A stretch of DNA of 52,547 bases, from positions 1 through 52,547 of the forward strand of contig JBFLGF010000221.1 in assembly GCA_050230475.1 (NCBI GenBank), written 5' to 3'. The stretch's first letter is position 1. The number at the start of each line of letters is the position of its first letter. The translations under genes and the position numbers were made by a program. The DNA is from Ancylonema sp. (lineage: Eukaryota). A model generated the notes under the pieces. That model made no database searches. It saw only the letters and a list, made by a program, of their open reading frames with translations, and had not been told where the DNA came from. Of this stretch, positions 43,924 through 52,547 are shown piece after piece.

Positions 43924-46140
43924 TGGTGCCCTCCTGCTAGATGTCCAAGTTAGACACATTGTGTTCACTTTCCGGAAACTCTTCCCGGAACACTTTATTC
44001 ACTCGCACGTGTATTTTGCTCATATCATGACTTTTTGCAGTGTAACGTGATTATTTGCTGTTAGAATACCAATTAGCCACAGTGTGCGCCAGTTTCGCTG
44101 CGCATATCGGCAACCATTGCAATTCCTTGCTTTGGATAGTAGTTTCCGAAAAGTTCCTATCTTCGGATCGCAACATCCAGCATATATTAGTAACATGAAT
44201 GTCCTGGTCCCGGATTCATACCGGTAGATTGGCCAGAGGTTCTCCTCAAAGCACAAATGGGGGATTTCATTCACCAAATTCGGAGCAATCAGAAATTGAT
44301 TTCGCTGACTATCAACTAGATTTCAGCGCGCTCTACGAGGGCCTTAGACGTGCAAATCAGATTCCGCGCGTCTTCCGTGAACTCGCAGAAGCCAACCTTG
44401 CCGCATAATTTCCCTTTCCTTCGTGTGAACAATTTGTACCCGCTGCTGCCATCCCTGTTGGCGTTGTTTATCAATTAGACGACAGTGACAACGAGGCTGG
44501 CATGGCGGACGCCCGTCCACCCAAGTACAACGGGGAGCTCGGCAAGCAACAAGATGCCTTCTTCGACCATTCGCGTACACATTTCCGTCGCATGTGTTTG
44601 CGAAAGGACCGGGTCCTACATTCTTTTGAAGGTTACGGACAATTGGAGTTTCTGGATATTGATCTGCGCGACTGCCTTGGCCCGGACGCGTTAGAAGTTC
44701 TGAATACCTTCCTCCACGACGCTGTTCTCATCCCTCCAGTAGCCGGCCCGGAACGAGTCGCAGCACAAGCATTGGCAGCCGCGCGTACGGCCTGGCGAGA
44801 TTTATGTGCAGATTGGTTGGAAGGAGCCCGTGGGGCTAAGTCCAATGTACTTGTCGCACCAGAGCCAGCGGACAGAGAGGACTTCTTTGCTGCGCTTCGC
44901 CGACGCTTCATGGCTAATTGCGGGCACGCGTATCGCGACTTGATGAACTACAGCCTACTGGCAAGAGACACGGTGCACAGCCAGTTTGTGCGACTGGAGG
45001 CCCTTGCCAAACCTACGGAAGACGGAGGCATGACGCAACCAGCAGACAACGCGATTCGCTACTACCACTTCCTCCCTGAACCAGCCAAGTCAGTGATGAG
45101 ACCAGACTACGAGAAAGAACAGCAACGACGTTGGGAAACAGAGCCGCGCCTCCCTCTTATGACGCGACAAGAGATCCGGGATATGGCCCAAAAGGCGGAG
45201 AACAAAGCCAATACCGAAACCTCGGATTGGATCCCACCTTGCCTGGAAGGTATCTGCTGCCTACACCAAGAAAGGCGTCTCCGAACCTTGGCTATTCCCC
45301 TCTCCATGGCTTCCAAACTCTTGTCCCAGTCCTCCCCGCGCCTCAGACACTTGCCCTCGACACCCGTATCTGCCACATCTGTGGGCAACCAGGGCATGTG
45401 AAGTCCAACTGTCCACATCACGCGGGAGGACAACAACCCGTACAACCGGTGGTGATTCATCCAGCGATGCCCAAGACAGCCACGCCGGCAGCACCTGCAG
45501 CACCCGGAGCAGCCTGCGGCCGATGGAACATCACCAACCAGAACCGCACCCCCAACGCACAGTGTGCACATTGTCTAAAGATGCACCACACGGAGGAGCA
45601 GTGCATAGCAAAGAAGAAGGGTGTACCTCGAGCGAGCCCCGTTCCTTTTCCTGGCTACACCTTTGGACAACATCTGCAGCAGGTTGAGGAACAGGGACCG
45701 GAAGGGTCCACTTCTCAGGAGCCAGAGCAGCAGCCAAGACCACAGCAGCAGAAGCAGCATTCTGCCCAACAACCACCCTCGGCGCCCCATTATCCAGCCT
45801 ACAACGCTGGTGCATAATACTACGAGTATCAAGGTGAAGAAGGGTACCAGGAGATGCAAAATGCGCAGCTGCCGCAGATTTCTTTCCCAGCCCATGCAGG
45901 AGGCATGAGGATCGATGCCACAATAGGAGAGTTGCGTGGTGTGGCGCCGCGAGCTGAAAACAGGGCCCGGGTATTGTGTATCCAGTCCGGGTCTTCAGAC
46001 CTTGGATCGGGTCCACGTGGAAGTCACCTGCAGCTGTTTCAGCGCCAGCCTCCCCTCTCTACCTTCTATCCTCAGCCGGAGATGCAGAACGAACGACTGC
46101 AGCAGCTTTCCCTTCTCACCAGACAAGTAGTGCTGAAGAC
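43924..46140 (+). mobile_element. Decayed LTR-type retroelement A: candidate PBS and gag
   Basis: ...GAGACA-GT-TGGTGCCCTCC (LTR end plus PBS-like) at ~43916-43935. Gag from ATG 44502 (PPKYNG), frameshift at ~45230, two CX2CX4HX4C knuckles (CHICGQPGHVKSNC, CAHCLKMHHTEEQC), TAA at 45815. The frame continues to ~46140, just before the gap. Confidence 0.75.
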
Positions 46141-46153
46141 TGTGTCATACTTA

Positions 46154-46154
46154 N
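46154..46154. other. Assembly gap / ambiguous base (N)
   Basis: Single N between the two retroelement segments; base composition changes across it. Confidence 0.9.
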
Positions 46155-49039
46155 ATGGCGTAATGCCACGCTACCAAAAATTTCAAAACCAGATTTTGAG
46201 CCGAATTTTCAGCACGTGGTTTAGTTTTTATAACCCAAAGTGGTAGTTTTCGGTCTGACTTAAGCCAGTACGTTCATGTCTGGTTGGTCTCGTGATCAGA
46301 ATCAACGCTTCGTTCGGAGAGAAGCAAGCGTAGGGGGAAGTGGTAGTGAAGACTCTAGTAGTGAGTCAGCGCGCGATAGATCGCGATCGCGGTCACAATC
46401 AGCAGGAATACAGGAGTATGTTAATTCTCAGGGTGTGGCTGGACTGCCAGATCTTCAGCTTGTTTTGTATCAAGCCCCGAATCCTGCGCCACCAGCACCT
46501 TTACCAGCCGGTTATTTTTCTTTACAACTGGTCGGGCTCGAGGAGGATTCAGAGATGGAGAGTACGATGGTTGTGCAAAAATATTCGGGAGGGGGGGGTG
46601 TGGTGCAGCGGCACTTTATTCAGACAATGAAAGCGGTGCAGCGGCACTTTATTCAGATAAATGGGACGCGGTCATGAGGAACCCACATAAATTCTTGAGT
46701 GGGGAGAATGGACAGCTAGAATTCCTTAAGGAAGCTATTGCATACCTAGAGGGGGAGGCTCGGCCAATACATGATGATTACCGACGACCACTGGATCACA
46801 CTGATCCAGATAACCCGAGTTGAGCTATCGCAATCGTAGTGGAGGTTGTGCGGGATATATATCGAGCATACTATGGGCAGAAGGCTAGCTGGCAGCTAAT
46901 GCGGCTGACCTCTGGACTTTTGGGACCACCCGCTGCACCCATTCAAGCGGAACGTGCTGATCTGGAAGGATTCTTCTAGAAGGTGTGGACGAGGTTTGCT
47001 ACGGCGGGGTCTCAGTGGCTTGTGGAATTTCAAAACTACAAGCCAACACCAGGGGCAACCGCCAACTCCATCTATGACGACCTCTCGAGGATCACCATCA
47101 ATATGGTGCCTCAGATGGTTAGTGCGCGGTAGGGAGCGTGTTTCTATGAGGACTGTCTCCCCGGAGGGCTCAAGCGGGTGATCAGCCCGAAGTTGAGGGC
47201 TGAGGAGGAGCGACGCGATGGAGCAAGTCTCCCGAAGATGAGCATGGCAGATGTCAGGGACATTGCCGCATCTCAGGAGAGGGCGCAGATGTCGCGGGAT
47301 GCGGAGCTGCGGATGTTTGGCCTATTGCCAAGTCAGAAGGAGGGGGAAAAAGAGGGAGGGGGAAGAGAGGAGGGGAAAAGGAAGTCGAGAGAAGGAGGCG
47401 GAGGGGGGGGATCTGGGAATGGAGGAGGAGGAGGGGTTGGGAGTGGAAAGGGTGGGAATAGAGGAGGAGGGATGGGGGGGGAAACCCTCGTCAAGTATTT
47501 CACTTGTGACGGGCTGGGGCACAGAGCTGCAAACTGTCCCACAAGGAAGCGAGAGGAGACGGCGGGGAGGCTGAGGGAGGCACTCAAGACCGCAGCAGCA
47601 GGACGCGCGAAGGGTGTGAAAGCACCCTTCGCCGCCAGATTTGGGACGGCGAGGGGAGTGGCTATGTCGATGCCGCGGGTTCACATGAAAGAGTGAGCAA
47701 CCTGCAGTTTCTGTGACAAACAGAACCACACTGAGGCGCAGTGTTGGGCAAAGCACTCCGAGCTTCGTCCCAAGAACTACAACCTAGGGGGGGCACTTGA
47801 GGCCAAGCGACCACGACAGGGGTTGGCAATGGCGGTGACCCACGCCAGATGCTGGCAATGGGGGTGGGTGAGGAGGGTGACGTAAACGGTGTGGAACTGG
47901 GATTCTATCTGGGGGAGATGTGGGTTGCCATGGACGTGCCAGTGGTGCACGTGAGGCCACCGTTCCAGATGATGGCACCACGCGCACGAGGAGGGCGGCC
48001 TGGAGGAGGGAATGCTGGACCAGTGCGCGCCTCCGACAGGCTGTGGAGCACGGAGAGGGGAGAGGGTAGCAGCCTAGCAAGCAGACTGGGACCCAAGAGT
48101 GCGGGAAGAGCTCAAGGAGGGACACGACAAAGGTCGCCGGGGGCGGGTGATTTGAGGCGGGTGATTCAGAACGTGGGGCAACGTTTGGAGCAGGAGGAGG
48201 CAGTCGTGAGGGGAGTGCAAGCAGCCGAGACTCTTGCGGCGGAAGCAACGGGTGCAGAGAAGAGGGGTCCAAGGAGACCTAGGAGGGTGATCTTCGCGCA
48301 GAACACTCAGCCACGCGATATCCTGTACCCGTCGGAGAGGGCAGATAGAGGGCCAGCAGTTCAGATCCGACCAGGGATGAGTGTCACGGGTGTGACAACC
48401 CCTCCGTCAGCAATGGTGTCAGGTATGCCAGCGGTGTTTGTCGGGGAGAACAGTACTGTGAGGGTCCCTATGTGATACCCTCCAGGAATGGACAGTGCAG
48501 CGGGAAGAGCATTGCAGGAGGCAACAGATGTGCTATTTGGGTCTTCTGATTGGCGGGCTGAGTACGGCAGATACGGCCGGGAGCCAGTTTCCATAGAGGT
48601 GGCGAAGGAGGGGATACAGGAGGTGGTGCATAATGCAAAGGAGAGGGAAAGGCTAGTGGAGTTAGAGGCAGCCAGCAAGTACCTTGACGGGAAACTTGCA
48701 TAATCGCTCCCAATCATGACGGGGAGGTTAGAGGTGGTACGGGAACTTAAAAAGATGGCTGACTCCGGAACGGACATAGACCAGGGAAAAATGATTCAGA
48801 TTATGGGGAGGGGTTTGGGACCACAAGGGGAGCTGCTGGCAAACATGCTGGCAGAAAATTTTTAAAGTCTTGAGCGAAACTTTCACAAGCTTCAGGAAGA
48901 AATCTCACAAAAAAACATGGATCAATACGGGGGGTTGAGGTCATTAGTGGAGGGAGATCCGCTACACGCTAGCTGGGTAGGAGGGGGAGGAAAGAAGGGG
49001 CCTTGGAGTGTGGCAACACTTCTAGTCAAAAACAGGGAG

Positions 49040-49350
49040 TTGGTGGTGAACGGTATCACTCCGATGGGCATGGTGATCCTGGATTCGGGGGCCACTAAAC
49101 CCATGATTAGCTCTCGGATGGCAAGGCGTATGGGGATAACGGACGAGCAACTGACCGTGAGGGTGTCATTTGTCACGGCAGCAGGGAAGATGTCGACACG
49201 CCAACGCATGACGAGGGAAAAATTGAGTTTCACCCTGGCCGCTGGAACATAGTATGAAACCACATACGATGAGGTAGTTTTTGTGGTGGACACTGAGTGT
49301 TACGACGTGTTGCTGGGGATGGAGGTGATTGGCCCTATTGGGGGGGTGTA
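49040..49350 (+). pseudogene. Retroviral-type aspartic protease domain
   Basis: MVILDSGATKPMIS...FVTAAG...FVVDTECYDVLLGM, with a TAG at 49250. Confidence 0.85.
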
Positions 49351-50368
49351 TGACTCGTGGGTAGAGGTTTTTACATGGAGAGTAGACTACCATCGATCAG
49401 CAGCTGAGGGGGGGGGAAAGACCAGAGGGGTTTTGCCAGCTCAGGGGAGACTGACAGAGAAGGAGTGCAGGGCAGCGCGCTCAACACTGCCTATGTAGGC
49501 TATGGCGTTGGGTAGGATTCACAGGGAGTGGTCGGGAGAGGTGCAGATGCATTCTCACCTCTACAGCTTAGATGCTGAGGAGGGTCAGTTTGAGGATGCG
49601 GAAAGTGATAAGTCCTACGAGTGGGAGGAAGTGGAGGAGGGGGATATGGGGGGGGGTGAGAGTGAAGGGGTGGTGGAGTTAGAGTGGGAAGGGGAGGTGC
49701 AAAATCTGGCACTGCTCACTCTGCTGGTGCAGATGGAGGAGCAGGCAGCCCGGGGGTGGGATATGGATGGGGAGATAGCTCGAGGGGTGGCGCTCGATGA
49801 GGCCAACCTCTTGCTGGAGGAGGAGATTGGGTGGAAAAAGTCCGGGGTGGGCTGAGGAGGGGTATGGGGGGGGTAAAGGGAAGCCTGGGAGAAATTTCAG
49901 GGCATGGTGGTCACAGAATTGGGAGATAGCCCAAGGGAAGGGGGGCCAACCGCCCAACTGCGGCTGGAGGAGGGCCAACCGCGGCTGGGGCCCCAACCGC
50001 AGCAGATGCTAGGAGAGGGGGGGGAGGGGGAGATTCAGAGCTGGGGGAAGCACACGAGTGTGGTGCAACCTGACCCTAGAGTAATGGTGGGGGGGGTGGA
50101 TGTGAAAAGCGCGCGGCAAAGTCAGCCCCAACCACGGTTGGGGGAGCTGACTGGTGAGCCTAGTGAGGTAGATCTGCGCGCGGTAGCGGTGGAGCAGGTG
50201 GATGCAACACGGCGAGCGGCGGCAGCTTTGAGGTTGCTGAAGGCGAGGGAGAGCTTGCTGGGACAGGCCAAAACACAGAGAACCTGGAAGTGGGTGGGGG
50301 CATCGGTGAGAGGAGCAGCACCGATTAACACCAGGGTTGTGAGCCTCAGGGAAGAGGCAGCGGAAGAG

Positions 50369-51435
50369 GGAGTTCACATTGTCGAGCTTTTCAGTGGCAT
50401 CGGGCTGGGGGCCACTAGATCAGCCTTGGCGGCAGGATTGAGGGTGCGGCTTGTGTCGTGCGCTGAGAGGAACCCCATCTCCAACCGGATCAACGAGGGA
50501 GTGATCTAGAAGATGATCCTTGAGTACCCAGGCCAGATCAACAGGGGGGCATTCATCGGCTGGGAGAAGAGGTTGCCATAAGATGTGGGGCTGATCAGAG
50601 AAATGGCGCTGGGGAACCTAATTGCGCAGAACGGGGAGATGGATATAGTGGGGGTTGGCTAGGAGTGCCAGAGCATCAACCGGGGGGGCAGGCAGGAAGG
50701 GTACGCAGACAGGTGATTCCAGTATTTCTACGATTTGGTGCGCATCCTCGGATGGCTGCAGCACCATCGAGAGAGATCGCCAGTCTACTTTCTGGAAAAC
50801 ACCTACCCGGGGGAGTTGGCAAAGATGCCTGAGTCGGTGCAAAAGACTGCACGTCTGATAGAGTCCTTTATTGGGCTGGGGGTGGTTCTGGACGCGGGGG
50901 GGTTGGGGGCAGTCAGCCATCGGCTGCGCTACTTTTGAACGAACGCTATGGACCGGGATGAGTTGCAAGAAGCAGTTCCGCAGGATCTGCAGCCAAGCCC
51001 AGCGTTGAGGGAGATCTTGAGGGAGAATCACATCCCCAAGGAACTTGCTTTCACCGACTTCCCACCTCAGGTCGGGAGGAATTTCCGGGGAGAGGAGAGG
51101 ATCCTGATGCCGACAATTGTTAGCTTTCAGGGGAGCTATGCCTTCAGGACCCAGCGGGATGGCAACCCAGGGGAAGAACATGTGTACAACACCAACACCC
51201 ACAGGTGGGAGGAGCCAGATGTGGGTGAGAAGGAGCAGCTGCTGGGGTTTCCGGAAGGGACCACTCGCTAAGTGTGGAGACCTCGCTCTGGAGCCCTAGT
51301 GACTGTAGCGAGGGTCCTCACAACTCGGGCGGAGGGGGTTTCCGCGAAGCAACGAGCGGAGAGGCTGGCGAAATGCATGGAGGGCAACACCATGAGATGG
51401 TTGGGGGCTGTGTGGGGAGCCAGCATGAGCAGCTA
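50369..51435 (+). pseudogene. C5 DNA cytosine methyltransferase domain within the retroelement pol region
   Basis: One frame gives motif I VELFSGIG, II CAE, III LP*DV, IV DIVGVG*ECQS, V D.RF..F, VI YFLENT, VIII LDAGGLGAVSHRLRYF*TN, IX EKEQLLGF..GTT, X QR..LAKCMEGN. Stops at 50507, 50579, 50660, 50714, 50936, 51269. Confidence 0.9.
51263..51327. mobile_element. Miniature TG...CA insertion with 5-bp TSD (ACTCG)
   Basis: ACTCG-ctaag-TGTGGAGACCTCGCT..AGCGAGGGTCCTCACA-ACTCG. Removing 60 bp restores GTTRAEGVS and removes the 51269 stop. Confidence 0.7.
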
Positions 51436-52547
51436 GGGAGTCGCTGCCACCCAACCCCTAAAAGATCAGGGGTTGGGGGGGCCAACCGCAGCCCACGGGG
51501 GGCTGCGGGATGGTGCGGTTGGGGCGCGGTTGTGGGCAACTGGCCAAGGCACACATAATTGGAGCTGGGGAGCTCAGGAACAAAATGGTGAAAACCAGAA
51601 GAGTGATTTCGAAAAGGACAGTCCTCCAGCATACGGAATGTATGCTGGTCTCTTAGGAGGAGGGGAGATGGCGGAGGCACAAAAAGTGGTGCAGACGTTG
51701 CTAGACTTCTATGCTGAAGCTGAAAATTTGGGAGCAGCTAGAGGGCATCAATTCAAACCAGGAAATTAATTGGGTTCAGCCAGATTCGAAGGGACCAGCT
51801 CAGGGCAGCATTTATCATTGTCAGCTGGACTACCCGACAAAAATATAGCTGAGGGAGATGCTGATGGGGCGATTTTGCACCTCCAGCCATAAAAATCTGT
51901 AATTTTGGGATCTAGTAGGGAAGAGGCTAAGGAACCAGGATCACTCAACATATCAGAATTTGGACAAAGTAGCAGCCTAGGAGATCTAGGTAGCTCTGAC
52001 AGCCAAAAAGGCAAAAATTCTGTCCATAATTCAAAAAAAGAGTTGTTAAACCCTAGGGTTTTGGAAACAGAAGCAGGTTTTCGAACTGGTAGTGAGGATA
52101 GGGTAGGGTTTTCCAATAAGCCATCCCATGTACTCATAAATTCAAAATTAAAGATTTCCAGCCCTTTTTACTACTCTGAGTGTAAAATGGATTTGGCCAG
52201 ATCTGAAACCCAAGATTTGGATTTGCAGACAGGGGTTTTGGGGGGGGATGTCATGGATTTTATAAAACATAGAGGGGGGAAACAGCTATCCATAGCACCA
52301 TTGCACTCTAGATTTGGAGCAAAACCGAGGCTTGCAGAGCTGCAGATGGCTGCTCTGGGGGAGAGGCAGCGGTTGGGGCAGGTTGGGGGTGGGGGCAGTT
52401 GGGGCCCCACAGGAAACTTCAGAAAATCATTAAAAAAAAAAATTAAAAAAAAATATATGGGGATTTTGAGGGGAATGGTAAAAAGTACTCAGGGGTAGGA
52501 GTGAGCACTAAGGGTGGGACCTTAAACCCAAAACCTGATTTTTCTGA

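Larger units (their letters stand above)
46155..52547 (+). mobile_element. Decayed LTR-type (Ty3/Gypsy-like) retroelement B: gag - aspartic protease - DNA methyltransferase, running off the window
   Basis: Gag from ~46276 (QKYSG) with knuckles xFTCDGLGHRAANC (~47497-47540) and CSFCDKQNHTEAQC (~47703-47745). Retropepsin VILDSGAT...YDVLLG. DNMT downstream. Many stops and frameshifts. No RT or integrase is visible in the window. Confidence 0.82.

Noticed and set aside
50500..51271. Alternative genetic code or stop read-through
   Set aside because: All three stop types occur, at positions expecting different residues, and host genes end normally in TAA or TAG.
50369..51435. Bacterial restriction-modification system or contamination
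   Set aside because: The MTase is contiguous with retroelement gag-protease, equally decayed, and has no partner nuclease.

Overview
Eukaryotic, intron-rich nuclear DNA. The gene set (PUBS/PebA-type bilin reductase, GH32 invertase with the 9-nt DPN micro-exon, plant FYVE-ankyrin protein, CRE-type retroposon) points to a non-flowering streptophyte, probably a streptophyte alga; this is inference. I spliced six intact genes by hand: acid invertase (-), a DUF1995-like plastid protein (-) head-to-head with the bilin reductase (+), EMC5/MMGT1 (-) head-to-head with the FYVE-ankyrin gene (+), and an acidic low-complexity hypothetical protein (+). There is also an F-box/LRR pseudogene, several TA-flanked Tc1/pogo-like MITEs, minisatellites, and a 5'-truncated CRE-like non-LTR retrotransposon inside a 28-bp inverted-repeat element. 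The last ~9 kb hold two decayed, probably nested LTR-type retroelements. The second carries gag, an aspartic protease and then a complete C5 DNA cytosine methyltransferase domain in its pol region. That domain is broken by transition-type stops and a 60-bp TSD-flanked mini-insertion. A second striking signal is an exon-centred C-to-G strand skew: C-rich around 3' splice sites and G-rich around 5' splice sites, extending into codon choice.
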